DNA from: Felis catus
Taxonomy: Eukaryota
Direction of reading: 5' to 3'
Assembly (NCBI RefSeq): GCF_018350175.1
Contig: NC_058368.1
Location: 37,078,001-37,142,000 of the forward strand
DNA: 64,000 nt
Under the pieces are notes generated by a model. It worked only from the letters and a program-made list of their open reading frames with translations. It did no database searches and was not told where the DNA came from. Made by a program: the position numbers and the translations under genes. Positions 1-13,159 of the stretch are shown piece after piece (position 1 is the stretch's first letter; every line of letters starts with the position of its first letter).

Positions 1-89
1 AAGTCAACATCATCTGTGTATAAATCATTCTTCCTCTGTTTTTTTTTTAGTTAAAGCTACTACCGTCAACCCAATTGTGAGAACTGAAA

Positions 90-990
90 ATCTGGGTACT
101 AGCTTTGACTTCTTTCTCAACTCAGCCTCCACAGCAATCAAACAACAAGTTCTGCCAAATTATCTCCATTTCCACTATTACTACCTGGGCTATACTGTAT
201 CAACTCTTTCCAGGAATATTCAACAGATCATTAAATACTATGCTTTTACCATTTCTTTGTGCAGCCATTCCGTTCTCTGCAGAATAGACAAAGTGATCTT
301 GTAAAGCACAAATATGAGCATCCGGCCCAGTCCCAAAATCTCTGGTGCTCAGACAGGAGTGCAAATGGAGGTCAATAGTCCTTCCCCTTCTCTACCTTCA
401 TGCTCCCTCCATTACTACCAGGGCATAGACATCGAAGTGCATTACATGCATTTATATAGAGACATTCCAACCTATGTATTTGATCACTGTCCACAGCCTC
501 CCCTTAACAGCTGCTCAGGGGCCTTTCCTCAGGTGTAGAGGTAAGCCCATGAATGTGATCTGCCCTTATGGGACAGACTTGGGACACAGGTCACACAGGC
601 CAAAGAAGCAGCTTGGAATCATCTAGGCATGGAATTCTATGTGAACGTATACACAGAACACGCTCTAGAAGGATGGGTATGGGTGCCAGGTGGGTTCGTG
701 TCCTTGGCCTTTTGTACTCCTTGCTGTGTGAGTAGAGGCACAGCCAGAGGAAGCCATGGACAAGGATCTGTTTTACTGGGTCTGATACTGTGGTATTATT
801 ACTCTCTTAGTTAAACTCATTAAATGTACTCTATTTTCCTCAGGACCAAGTCTAAACTCTTTAGGATAAACTGGAGGGCCTTTTAATGTCTGATTCATAT
901 ATTCCTCTGTTTTATTTCTCAACATACTGTATCTCCTATTCTCTAATCTAGTACATCAGAAGTCATTTTAGGTCCTTGAATATGGAATAT
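90..990 (+). mobile_element. Ancient L2 LINE fragments, interrupted by an element at ~318-790
   Basis: Degenerate L2-like tracts (ttctctgcagaatagacaaagtgatcttgtaaagcacaaatatga; aggaccaagtctaaactcttt) on both sides of the interruption; recognised by eye. Confidence 0.55.
318..790. mobile_element. Probable hAT-Tip100 DNA transposon relic (MER115/Zaphod-like)
   Basis: GC-richer block splitting the L2; motif ggagtgcaaatggagg resembles the MER115 consensus as I recall it. Confidence 0.35.
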
Positions 991-2884
991 TCTCTTGTTC
1001 ACCTGAACTTTTGCATAAACCATTATCTTTGCCTTCAACACTCTTCATCTCTTCTCCATGTGATATTTTCTTTTCATATTTCAGATCTCTGGATGGTACT
1101 TTCTTCAAGAAAATTTCTGTTATGCTTATCCATGATAGATGTCTGTACCTCTCAACCATGATAAGTTCATGCATACCCGGTAGTATGCCTGTAATGTTTT
1201 CTTTACACACATAGTAAACATCCACTCTATGAATCTGATTGGAGTGTCACGGAGAGGTTATGATGTCCTACCTGGTTTTGGACTATCAGCCATGTTTAGT
1301 GCCATCATGCATAGGAGAGTGTTTTCTGCTTTTCTTCACCCCCCATCTCTTGCTGTTTTGACTCTTCTCCTACCCTTTTCCTACTCTTTCCCCTCCCAGC
1401 TTCAAATTTCACTCATTTTTGTCTTTATTTTCCTTCAAGGAAACCTCAATAACAATCCTTAATTTCACAAATTTTTTAAGCTCTGCCATAGTTTCTATCT
1501 CCCAGAAAGCCAATTGAAATATATTCTAAATAAGGCCAGTATGTCTCTCAAAAAAATACTTTTCCTACTAGAAAGGAAAAACATTGTCTGTGTTTGTAGT
1601 ATGGTCAGCATGTGCTGAAGTTGGGTCTTGTTTGCTGCCCACTGCTTGAGATCTATCAGGAAGCCGAAGTAGAAAAAGTATGCATTGATTATATCTGATC
1701 TGAATAAATCTTGATTATTTCGTATCCATCTAATTAAAGCAGCCTGTACTTCAGTAACAAAAAATAGGAGTAAACCTAAGATTTTGACCCATGAAAGATG
1801 AGTGGAAATTGTGCATTAATGCGTAACTGATCACCATTAGCAACATTCTTTCATGAAACAGATGTCTTTCTGATCTTCACAGCATTGTATCTGTGAGGTC
1901 TGCCTTCTCCAGAAATGAATCCTTGATTTATTACTGCTTTGGGCTAATTGAAGAAAATGTTAAGTCTCAGCTTTGTGATTCGTGCATATTGACTATGTGG
2001 TCAGTGAAGGAGAAAGAAACCAGGGATTTTATGGAACAAGGGCCATCTGTGTCTTAGTTTAAAACTGATTAAATGTGGTGCAATCTGTGGCAAAATGACA
2101 GCAGTTATAGACTTCAGCGAGTGAATATTTAAAAAAATCACATTTAAAAGTGGGTAACTGACTAATAATTATTTTCCAAATTGTATTATACCTCAAGTTA
2201 ATTTCCATAGACATCGTTTGGCCATGGCCACACTGTTGGATGAAGGCAATATTGAAAGAGAAAAGTACTTTTGATATTGCTACTATTGAAAACCTTATAC
2301 AAAGCTCACCTTTTATTTGAAACTGCTGCTAAATGATCTTCCTTTTTTTTCCTTAATACAAATTTACTTTAATATGGTACAGTAATGTAAGTGCATAAAC
2401 TCAGGTGTTAGGCTGAAATTTATTATATATAGCAGATAGTACTAAAGTTAGTGAGCTAGCCTTACAAAGGAACTTCTGATTTTGGATATTGTAAAGGACA
2501 TGTCATAAATATACTGGTTAAAAAGTTAAATTGATTGACATGAAGGAGTCAGTCACAATGTGGCCTGCATCAGTGCTAACTTATTCTGCCTTGGTTCCTC
2601 TGATGATCCATTAAGTGTGATACAGTATCTCTTACGGATTGGAATTTCTCAAACTCACCATTTCCCTGTTGTTTTATGTTTATAGCAAAAGAAATATAAT
2701 TTGAAACTGGAAAGATCTCAGAAGTTGGCTCATTCAGAACTCACATTCAACCAACTAGCCACAATACTTAAGGTTCTTCACGCAGCCCTTTAAGGTATTC
2801 ATGAGAATGCGATTAGGAGAGTAAAAACTAAGGTGATAGTCAAATGATTTTTATAAAATATTATTTGATTTCCAAAAACTTAGG

Positions 2885-3285
2885 CCAGGAAAGACCTTAG
2901 AAACTATACAGCCCAGATCTCATTTGGAGATGTAGACTAGGAGACCCAGAGAAGTAAATACCTTCTTTAAGATTATGTAGAGAGTTAACTCCAGATATAG
3001 GACCTCTTCACTTCCACTATTTGTATCATACCAGGTAATAGTGATATGCAGCATTTCATCAGTACTGGGCACACTTCTAAGTACTTTACACATCTTTATT
3101 CATTTAATCTTTACAGCGCTATAACGTAGTTGCTTTTATTGTATCTGTTTTATTGAAGATCAGACCAAAGTACGAGCAGGTGAAGTGATCCATCCAAAAT
3201 CACACAGCAATAGAGACAGGAACTGGAATTTAAACCCCAACAATTTGACTCCAGAGTCTGTGACCTTAACCACTATGCTACCTTG
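2885..3285 (-). mobile_element. Two adjacent MIR SINE fragments
   Basis: MIR core motifs (catttaatctttacag; ggaatttaaaccc...tgactccagagtctgtgaccttaaccactatgc). Confidence 0.75.
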
Positions 3286-4299
3286 TTCCTCTTAGCTGGT
3301 TATTTAAATCTACAATTGAATAGTTCAGCTTAGTCATTGTTTAGAAAATTTTTAAATAGATGATTCACCTAAATTGATTTGTTATATAAATGGATATTTT
3401 TTATACAATAAATGTGTTTATGGTAGCATGTATATTTTATTCTTCGTTCCTTTTTGAGTCTCCAAAACCTCTAGGAAACAGAAAGCAATGCAAATTTCCT
3501 AATCATATTCACTCAATACCAAGTTGCACAATTTCGAATTAAATAGTCCCAGATATATTCTTTTTTGCACAAATGGAGAAGGAGGAGGTAAGTAGGATGA
3601 AGAGATACCAAGATTGTTGTTTTCTTTCTAAATTCAAGCTGCTAATTGCTCATAACCATCTTACATCCTTAAATAACTCACACTTCTCATATTAGTACTA
3701 TGGAAGGAAAAAATGGAGTAGATTGACAAAGACAAAACCAAGAAAGATAAGAAAAAAATGAACTACATAGATTTATATGCAATACATATGCATTTATATG
3801 ATTAGTTTTTGTCATTTTGCAGAGATATGGTTGATATCTTTGAAAAACATGAAATTCAAGAGAATTAATGCATTTATACAGTCTCTCAACTTATTCTTGA
3901 ATCACGTTTCTGTGCAGACACATTTGTTTCTTGTGCCCTGTTAACCCTCTCAGATTTCATTGAAGTTTATCTTTCACTCAATGATTGTTTTTCACAAAGA
4001 AGTACAGATTTTGGCACTTTACTATATTTTCTGTGAAGATAATTATGAAGTAAGAACAAAGCCACATTGAAATGCAGATGCTGGGCAACTCGATAAACCC
4101 AATTGCTAGTTAAATAGCATGTGTACTCAACCATCCTTGAAGTTATTCAAATTTGTGTCTCAGCAAATGTACAAACTACTACGCATAATGAATCTTTGGT
4201 ATTCTTTGAGAAAAAAAACCCGCAAGTATTAAATCTTTGAATGCTAAATGACTACATTTTACGGAAAGAAGCTCGGGGTGTACTTTAATTAAGATAGCC

Positions 4300-4740
4300 C
4301 TGAATTCGTGTTTTATAGGATTTAAGATTCTTTTAGTGGTGGGACACAATGCTTGGATAGATGAAAGCAGAATGCTCTGTTACTTACAGCTCCGAATAAG
4401 AGAAGGCTGCTAGGCAGGGTCACACAGAGAGTTGCACCTGGGGACAGGATAACAGCAAGCTGGAACTCTAGAGGGCACCTTATGTACAACAAGAGTGGAA
4501 TTATCTGTTTCCTGGTCTCCTTGTAGATTGGCTAATTTTGGATAATTTCATGGGCTTTAGGGAAATAAAGACTGTTCCTAGCTGTCTTGTACCTGGCTTC
4601 AGGCTGATGAAGGCAGGAGCTTAGTAGCCTGATGTGTGAGAGCCCGATAAGAGAAATGGTTGGAGTGTGATCTTACCAGCTCTTCAAAAAGGAAAACAGA
4701 CCAGCCTCTAGTCACAGTCTCAAAACTGGATCAAGCCGGC
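4300..4740. mobile_element. Old ERV LTR-like fragment, family not determined
   Basis: Composition and motifs resemble old ERVL solo LTRs; no exact termini identified. Confidence 0.35.
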
Positions 4741-4859
4741 ATTAAAAAACAAAACAAAACAAAACCAAAAACAAAAACAAAAACTGTATATTAAACTAGT
4801 TTGCTATTAGACAAACCTGAAAATTTCAGACTTCACAGAAGGTTGCTTTTGGCTCATGT

Positions 4860-5242
4860 AACAGTTCATTCAATGCAAATGATTCTGGTAGATGGGCAAC
4901 CTTCTGCGTTCAGAGACGTGCTACATTCAGAGACTTTGTGCTTTGTCCATCTTATGATTTATCCATCATCTAGTACCTTGGAATTTTATTCTGGCTTTTC
5001 TGGATCCTGTTGGCAAATGGAAGGAAGGGGGCAGTGTGAAGAACGTACACTTGTTCTTAACCAGGGTATCCTTTATGCTCACGTTCCATTGGCTAGAAGG
5101 AGTCATTTTATCTCAGCCGAGAAGAGAAAGGTTAAGGGACTAGTAAATGTAGTACATGGCTGAGTGGCCACTTCTCAGCAGTAGGTCTTACTCTGGAAAG
5201 GGAGGACAGTACATTGGTGGACACGCAGCTGCTTTTGCCACA
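4860..5242 (-). mobile_element. MaLR LTR, MLT1K/J-like
   Basis: Typical MLT1 motifs tgctcacgttccattggctagaa and terminal tggtggaca...ttgccaca. Confidence 0.65.
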
Positions 5243-5258
5243 GAGATGTTTTAGACGA

Positions 5259-5922
5259 CAGATGGTCACTAGACCAACTTAGGATGGTTTGACTTATGAC
5301 TTTTCAACTTGGTGGTGTGGAACTGATACTCATTCTCTAGAAACAATACTTGGAATTTTTATCTTTTCCTGGGCTAGTGATATGCCAGAGAATACTCTCT
5401 TGGGGTGCTGGGCAGCAGCCGCAGCTTCCAGCTAGCCATGTGATCATGAGGGTTTACTGCCATTCTGTTTTTCACCATCAGTACAGTATGCAACAAATTA
5501 CATGAGATAGTCAATAGTTTATTATAAAATAGGATTTGTTTTAAACGATTTTGCCCAACTGTAGGCTAATGTAAGGGTTCAGAGCACATTTAAGGTAGGT
5601 TAGGTGTAATAAATGCATTTTCAACTTATATATTTTAAAAAATGTTTAATGTTTATTTATTTTTGAAGGAGAGAGAGACAGAGCATGAGCAGGGTGGGAC
5701 AGAGAGAGAGGGAGACACAGAATCCAAAGTGGGCTCCGGGCTCTGAGCTTGTCAGCACAGAGCCCAATGTGGGGCTTGAACTAACAAACTGTGAGATCAT
5801 GACCTGAGCTGAAGTCCGACGCTTAACCCACTGAGCCACCCCGGCGCCCCTCAACTTATAATATTTTTAACTTACAATGAGTTTGTTGGGACATACCTCT
5901 ATTGTAAAATGGAAAAGATCTG
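5259..5922 (-). mobile_element. Tigger5/MER47-type non-autonomous TcMar DNA transposon with a nested CanSINE
   Basis: Ends cagatg... and ...atctg followed by TA; internal gattttgcccaactgtaggctaatgtaag and aaatgcattttcaactta match the MER47 reverse complement. Confidence 0.8.
5639..5850 (-). mobile_element. CanSINE (tRNA-derived SINE)
   Basis: ggggcgccggggtggctcagt head, (CT)n tract and AATAAA tail on minus strand; TSD core tcaacttata at 5621-5630 and 5851-5860. Confidence 0.95.
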
Positions 5923-6194
5923 TATATATCTTTATATACATATTATATACACATATACATGTATACGTGTCTACTGTATACGCATACAGTATGCATACTT
6001 GCATGTGTATACACATAGGTTTTGTAACAAAGGAAATTAAAGACTTTTTAGGTAAAATGAATTTATGTCATTGTGCAAATTTCAACTTTGATGTACATGT
6101 TGGCTCCTAATAGCCCATTGAAATTCTTAGTTCTCTCTAGCAGATTTTTTCCATGTCCTGAAATGTACATTTGGTCTGAAAGGATTTATTGTGG

Positions 6195-6560
6195 ACTTTC
6201 AATTATGTTATACAGATAGAATCTCTCAAACATAATATTGGGTGAGCAAAGCCAGACACAAGACAGTACATTCTTCTCTTTCCAAAATAGCATTTCTGAG
6301 ATTCGTCTATATTATGGCACATGATTGTAGAAGGTTCATTCTCACTGCTGTATAACATTCAGCTGGGGGAATATCCAGTTTATCTATCCATTCTACCATT
6401 GATGGGTATTTGAATAGTTTCTGACTTGAAGTTATGAATGGGGCTACCAAAAATAGTTGAGAACATCTTTTGACGAACCTTTATACACATTTATATTGGG
6501 TATATGTCTAGAAGTGAAATTTCTGGCCTCTATGTATATTTAGAATATGCTCAATTTATA
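6195..6560. mobile_element. Old L1 (L1ME-like) 3' fragments in both orientations
   Basis: aatctctcaaacataatattgggtgagcaaagccagacacaa (+) followed by tttatctatccattctaccattgatggg (-). Confidence 0.6.
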
Positions 6561-7324
6561 TGCTCATAATTTTCTAGCTCTCTTTTATTATTATAATTGA
6601 TAAAAAATGAGATGCTTTCCCTGTACTCTCCTTATTTTATTTTGTTGTGTAAAAATTTGTGTGAACAGTAAAAAATATATAAAAGAAGCTTAGGAGGGAA
6701 GTCCTGCTAATTCTACTAACATATGAACTGTTTTATTTTTATTTCTATCTAGATCTTATCAATCTTAATTACTTAAATATAGCCTTTTTATTAAGCATAT
6801 TTACTTAATATTATTTTATGAATATTTATATCTGTGTTTTTCCTGATTATGAATTTTTATGACTGCATTGACTTCCAGCAGAAGTAGCAATTTCCTATTA
6901 CAGACTATTTAAAGTATTTTCAATTTACAATAATTCTAATTGAAACAGTTTGTATTTTTAAACTGAACTGTATCTTTGGTACACAGTTTCTTAGGTTTGC
7001 TATGTGTTTGGGAAAAGAAAGAAACACATGTTCTCTGTCTCTGACCTTTAGCAAGCCTAGAGAAAAGTACAGCTTTTCAGGACAGTATGTCAACCTATTT
7101 ACTTTCACATTACCTTACACTTCCTCTGCCTCAAGTCTAAGTGACATTACATTTCTTCCCAGAAGGTTAAATTGGTAAGGTCTTGACAACCAAATTCTTG
7201 GTTGAAAAGTGAACGTTTAGATCTACCATGATTTCTTCTTTGTCACAGAACTCAACATGTCTGATATAGAAGAAAAAGTTTTTACTCTTTATCCCCAAGT
7301 TTTCCAGGTTTCATTGTACATCTT

Positions 7325-7547
7325 TTTATTAAAAATATATTTTTTAATGTTTATGTATTTTTGAGAGAGAGGGAGACAGAGCGTGAGTGGAGAGGGGCAG
7401 AAAGAGAGGGAGACACAGAATCCGAAGCAGGCTCTAGGCTCTGTGCTGTCAGTACAGAGTCTGACGCAGGGCTCGAACCCACAGACCGTGAGATCATGAG
7501 CTGAGCCGAAGTCAGACACTTAACTGACTGAGCCATCCAGGTGCCCC
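7325..7547 (-). mobile_element. CanSINE
   Basis: Full CanSINE body; 14-bp TSD tcattgtacatctt at 7311-7324 and 7548-7561. Confidence 0.95.
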
Positions 7548-8482
7548 TCATTGTACATCTTAATGTTTGTCTCCCTCTTCCCACTCCCTACACTCACATC
7601 TCTCCCTGGAGCTTTCACATTCGCCGTAACTATAGTTTAATGATGTGTGAGTAGACTAAAGCAAATAATAACTCCGGAGGAGAAATGTGACAAACAAAAG
7701 TACTTCCTTAATTCTGACCCTAATACTGTGACCAGTGATTTCTTCAATCCATGTATTTTTGTTTTGATTCCAAAAAAATATGTATTCTAGAATATCAGGA
7801 CTCAAGTGTTCTCATTGGCTATATAAATTAAAGCAGGAGCTGTGTTTTTAAATGACAGATCTAAATGCAAAATGTAGATAGCTATGACCCCACTGAGTAA
7901 TCCCAGAGAGGAGAAGGTGTCAAAGTAAAATAATTAAATATGAGGCACAAAAAGATAAATTTAATCGGTGCTTATAGCCAATTACATTTTGGCAGAGTGT
8001 CACTACTATTTCTAAAAACCATTTGATTTGCATTTAAGTGATTAAAAGTAAAAGTTACAAGGTAATTGGGATACCTTAATTTCATTAGTCATTTTTTCCC
8101 CTTAATACTTCATTTGAAAGTTGTCTAGAAGGATATAGTGCTTTAAAAGTGAAAAGGAAAGTTTGGAAATCTCTAAAGAGTAAAAATTACCTTTTCTTGA
8201 GGAATGAATCATTCTCATACTCAAATAGTAAGCTGATGTTTATTTTTTTAATTAAGTAGTTGCATGTGGCTAAATGTTTTGAGCTCAGTACTTTTCATGT
8301 GGGCAATCTACATTATATAAACCATATTATTATTTATAACTATATAATTTTTTAGGAGACCTTAGAAAATAACAAATCTCTTCTCTTAGTTCCAAGTACA
8401 ACAATATTCCTTAAGAGCTTAATGAAATTCTGGAATGAGGGCCCCTAATAAGAAGCTTTAAGATGTAAATATTCTAGCATTT

Positions 8483-8757
8483 ATTTTTTTTTAATCACTT
8501 TATTGAGGTATGATTGACATACAAACAGCTGTATATACTTAATGCACACAACTTGATGAGTTTGGAGAGAAATGTATACCTGTGAAACCACCACCATAAT
8601 TCATTCCATGAACGTATGTTTCTTTCCAATAGTTTCCTCCAACCCTCTTTATTTATCACTGTTATTATTTTGGTCAACACTAGTGTATTGTATAATTACA
8701 ATTTTGGTAAGAGGATAGATCTTAGGTTAAGTGTTCTTATCACAAAAAATAAGTAAA
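8483..8757. mobile_element. Two short L1 3'-end fragments (minus 8483-8680; plus 8680-8757)
   Basis: ttttattgaggtatgattgacatac (L1MB/MC-like 3' end, minus) and gatagatcttaggttaagtgttcttatcacaaaa (L1MA-like 3' end, plus). Confidence 0.65.
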
Positions 8758-9769
8758 TATTCCAGCATTTCTGTGCTTGTTTGTGAGGCTTACCCAGTTT
8801 TATATCCTGCCACTAGAATGACCAACTTGAGTTTAATTACCAAACTTAATAGAACACAGTAAATTTACCAGTGTGATTACCTCCTCTTAAATTTATTTCT
8901 ATGTGAAAAATAATAAAATATGCACTGTTATTTACAGATGTAAAAAAATTTTTTTCTAAGAGTGTTCTGATGAACACTGATAATCAGTTAAACATCAATA
9001 TTGTTTAGTATGGAGGATAATATTATTTCCCCGGGAATCTCACTAAAGTTGTGATATGAAGAGTTAATTGTATAATATGGTTAAAGTTTACCACATTAAA
9101 GATACACTGGTATTATCTGTTAAGATATGTTATCATTGATTATTATCAGTTTTATCTTTGTGCCTGAATAGTCATATATTGACATACACAACATAGACAA
9201 TCCTTTGTACTTTACCAATATGAAATTATAATAAAAGATTCAATTACAAAGGTGTCTAAAATGTCCTTGAAATGAAATGAGGAAATGATTCAGGTTATAT
9301 TTCATGAGTTAATTTATATTTCTCATCACAGGAAAAATGAATTAACTTTGTATTCATTAGACAGTCTTTGAAATAATCTTCAATTAAACACACAATAGAG
9401 TGCCAAGTCCTACAAAGATAAAGCCTCAATCTTACATAGAATATTTTCTACCTTTTACTTACTTGTCATGCTTTGATTTTCTCTGCTTCCTTTAGCTCCT
9501 GGTAACAAATACCTTCTGGAAAAGGGAGAGGAAGTGGAATAGGCTTTTTAATTTCTAAAGAACCCATCATAAGATTATTTCATATTAGCATTAGATATGT
9601 CAACCTTTGTTGGTTAAGGAATACAGAGATGTGAGAAAATCTCCCTTTAGAAGTATTCTCTAAACAGATGGGGCCATTTATACTCAAATTAAGTTGGCAA
9701 ATATAGCACATTAATTACAATAATATGAAATATGTATAGATGCCCAAGTCTATAATACCCATTTTACAT

Positions 9770-9920
9770 GTAATGTCTAACATGTATTGTCTAATTTAAA
9801 CCTTACAACAACCCTTTGAATTGGTGCTATCACTCTGCAAGTGAGCAAACTGTTGCTAAGTTTTAAGTTCCCAAACTCACATAGCTGTAAGGGGCAAAGT
9901 CAGGATTCATACAAACAGAG
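9770..9920 (-). mobile_element. MIR fragment
   Basis: tctaatttaaaccttacaacaaccctttga...gcaaagtcaggattc MIR core. Confidence 0.6.
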
Positions 9921-10157
9921 GGCTTTGGATTTTGATGTATGAAGAGGTTGAATAGGAAGGCTGATGGAATGAGATCTCTAGACCCTAAAAGGTACCTAAT
10001 TAGTTGACCCATCTAGGTATCTGCTAGGTATCTGAATTCTTTGATTCAGCAAATATTTTTCAACCTCCAGTTTGTGCAGGTCAGTGAGCAAAATGTAGGA
10101 GCAACAGTAAGTGAATTAAACATGGCCTCAAATATTGTGAGCTAGAGACTAAAAACT

Positions 10158-11110
10158 GTTAGATTTTGTATTTAGGATTTTTCTTGTTTCTTGAGATAGG
10201 CCTGGATTGCAATGTATTTTCCTCTCAGGACTGCCTTCACTGCATCCCAAAGCGTTTGGATTGCTGTATTTTCATTTTCGTTTGTTTCCATATATTTTTT
10301 AATTTCTTCTCTAATTGCCTGGTTGACCCATTCATTCTTTAGTAGGGTGTTCTTTAACCTCCATGCTTTTGGAGGTTTTCCAGACTTTTTCCTGTGGTTG
10401 ATTTCAAGCTTCATAGCATTGTGGTCTGAAAGTATGCATGGTATAATTTTAATTCTTGTAAAGTTATGAAGGGCTGTTTGTGACCCAGTATATGATCTAT
10501 CTTGGAGAATGTTCCATGTGCACTCGAGAAGAAAGTATATTCTGTTGCTTTGGGATGCAGAGTTCTAAATATATTTGTCAAGTCCATCTGATCCAGTGTA
10601 TCATTCAGGGCCCTTGTTTCTTTATTGACCGTGTGTCTAGATGATCTATCCATTTCTGTAAGTGGGGTGTTAAAGTCCCCTGCAATTACCACATTCTTAT
10701 CAATAAGGTTGCTTATGTTTGTGAGTAGTTGTTTTATATATTTGGGGGCTCCCGTATTCGGCACATAGACATTTATAATTGTTAGCTCTTCCTGATGGAT
10801 AGACCCTGTAATTATTATATAATGCCCTTCTTCATCTCTTGGTACAGCCTTTAATTTAGAGTCTAGTTTGTCTGGTATAAGTATGGCTACTCCAGCTTTC
10901 TTTTGACTTCCAGTGACATGATAAATAGTTCTCCATCCCCTCACTTTCAATCTGAAGGTGTTCTCAGGTCTAAAATGAGTCTCTTTTAGACAGCAAATAG
11001 ATGGGTCTTGTTTTTTTTTTATCCATTCTGATACCCTATGTCTTTTGGTTGGCGCATTTAGTCCATTTACATTCAGTGTTATTATAGAAAACAATGGGTT
11101 TAGAGTCGTT
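10158..11110 (-). pseudogene. L1 ORF2p N-terminus (endonuclease and following Cryptic region), frameshifted and truncated
   Basis: TLNVNGLN, GDFNTPL, FSKIDHILGH; frameshift near 10476; then QTLWDAVKAVLRGKYIAIQAYLKKQEKS, ending at the TSD. Confidence 0.93.
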
Positions 11111-11159
11111 GTGATGTCTGTAGGTTTCATGCTTGTAGCGATGTGTCTGGTACTTTGTC

Positions 11160-12052
11160 TCACAGGATCCCCCTTAGGATCTCTTGTAGGGCTGGTTTAG
11201 TGGTGATGAATTCCTTCAGTTTTTGTTTGTGTGGGAAGACCTTTATCTCTCCTTCTATTCTAAACGACAGACTTGCTGGATAAAGGATTCTTGGCTGCAT
11301 ATTTTTCTGTTCATCACATTGAAGATTTCCTGCCATTCCTTTCTGGCCTGCCAAGTTTCAGTAGAGAGATCCGTCACGAGTCTTATAGGTCTCCCCTTAT
11401 ACGTTAGAGCACGTTTATCCCTAGCTGCTTTCAGATTTTTCTCTTTATCCTTGTATTTTGCCAGTTTCACTATGATATGTCGTGCAGCAGATCGATTCAA
11501 GTTATATCTGAAGGGAGTTCTCTGTGCCTCTTGGATTTCAATGACTTTTTCCTTCCCCAGATCAGGGACGTTCTCAGGTATTATTTCCTCAAGTACACCT
11601 TCAGCACCTTTCCCTCTCTCTTCCTCCTCTGGAATACCAATTATACGTAGATTATTTCTCTTTAGTACATCACTTAGTTCTCTAATTTTTCCCTCATCCT
11701 CCTGGATTTTTTTATCTCTCTTTTTCTCAGCTTCCTCTTTTTCCATAATTTTATCTTCTAGTTCACCTATTCTCTCCTCTGCCTCTTTAATCTGAGCCGT
11801 GGTTGTCTCCATTTTCTTTTGCAATTCATTCATAGCATTTTTTAGCTCCTCCTGACTGTTCCTTAGTCCCTTGATCTCTGTAGCAGTAGATTCTCTGCTG
11901 TCCTCTATACTGTTTTCAAGCCCAGCGATTAATTTTATGACTATTATTCTAAATTCACTTTCTGTTATATTGTTTAAATAGTTTTTGATCAGTTTGTTAG
12001 CTGTCATTATTTCCTGGACGTTTTTTTGAGGGGAATTCTAACGTTTTGTCAT
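11160..12052 (-). pseudogene. L1 ORF1p (coiled coil, RRM, CTD), disabled
   Basis: ATG at 12052 (MTKR*NSPQ) with a stop at codon 5; 250-aa ORF with NNLRIIGIPE and RHIIVKL; frameshift near 11310, then MQPRILYPASLSF...ILRGIL. Confidence 0.92.
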
Positions 12053-12059
12053 TTTGGAT

Positions 12060-12945
12060 AGTCCCTGGAGTGGTGCGGGACTGCGGGGCACTTCCCCTGT
12101 GCTGTGTTGATTAACTTGCGTTGGTGGGCGGGGCTGCAGTCAGACCTGATGTCTGCCCCCAGCCCACCGCTAGGGCCACAGTCAGACTGGTGTGTGCCTT
12201 TTCTTCCCCTCTCCTAGGGGCGGGATTCACTATGGGGTGGCTTGACCCGTCTGGGCTACTTGCACACTGTCAGACTTGTGGTGCTGGGGATCTGGTGTAT
12301 TAGTTGGGGTGGATCGGCAAGGTGCACAGGGGCGGGAGGGGCAGGCTCAGCTCCCTTTTCCTTCGGTGATCTGCTTCAGTGATCTGCTTCGGGAGGGGCC
12401 CTGCGGCACCGGGAGTCAGACCGCGGCGGGAGGAATGGATCCGCAGAAGCACAGTGTTGGGTGTTTGTGCGGTGCAAGCAAGTTCCCTTACAGGAACTGG
12501 TTCCCTTTGGGATTTTGGCTGGGGGATGGGCGAGGGAAATGGCGCAGGCGAGCGCCTTTGTTCCCCGCCAAACTGAGCTCTGTCGTCTGGGGCTCAGCAA
12601 CTCTCCCTCCCGTAGTCCTCCAGCCCTCCTGCTCTCTGAGCAGAGCTGTTAGCTTATGACCTCCCAGACGCTAAGTCGCGCTTGATGTCGGAACACAGTC
12701 CGTCCAGCCCCTCCGCTTTGCCAGCCAGTCTTGGGGGCTCTGCTTGGCCGGCAGGCTGCCCCTCTGCCCCGGCTCCCTCCCGCCAGTCCGTGGAGCGCGC
12801 ACCACCTCGCCGTCCTTCCTACCCTCTTCCGTGGGCCTCTCTTCTGCGCTTGGCTCCGGAGACTCCATTCTGCTAGTCTTCTGGCGTTTTTCTGGGTTAT
12901 CAGCAGGACGCGCGGTGAGCCCAGTGTCCTACGCCGCCATTTTCC
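12060..12945 (-). promoter_or_regulatory. L1 5'UTR internal promoter region, CpG-island-like, with YY1-type motif
   Basis: Most CpG-dense long stretch of the window; AAAATGGCGG at the extreme 5' end (~12934-12943, minus), where L1 YY1 sites normally lie. Confidence 0.7.
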
Positions 12946-13159
12946 CTAGAGACTAAAAACTAATTTAAAAAATAATTCTAATGTAGTTTTAAATGCCAGT
13001 GTGTTAAGAACTATGATGGGGATGCGATTGGATAACATATTCAGTGATTTTTAATTTCTAAAGACTGGAGACCTGGTGAAGTTCTGGGTGGATTTTCTTT
13101 CTAGAAATGGGTTTGCCAGCTTTTTACAGGAGTTAATATTTGTAAATGTTGTCAGTGAC

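Larger units (their letters stand above)
10158..12945 (-). mobile_element. Young felid L1: 5'UTR, ORF1 and ORF2 endonuclease region; 3'-truncated, no poly(A); inserted in an L2 relic
   Basis: CpG-rich 5'UTR starting ggaaaatggcggcg; ORF1 and APE-endonuclease translations in the ORF track; perfect 16-bp TSD ctagagactaaaaact at 10142-10157 and 12946-12961. Confidence 0.97.

Noticed and set aside
4801..5163. 120-aa ORF
   Set aside because: Overlaps an MLT1 LTR relic, starts at a non-ATG codon and has no recognisable domain.
11223..11795. 190-aa plus-strand Ser/Phe-rich ORF
   Set aside because: Antisense shadow of L1 ORF1.
12361..12390. 13-bp tandem duplication in the L1 5'UTR, and similar 16-23-bp duplications near 25200, 27015, 48330 and 53390
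   Set aside because: Ordinary replication-slippage duplications with no shared sequence or pattern.
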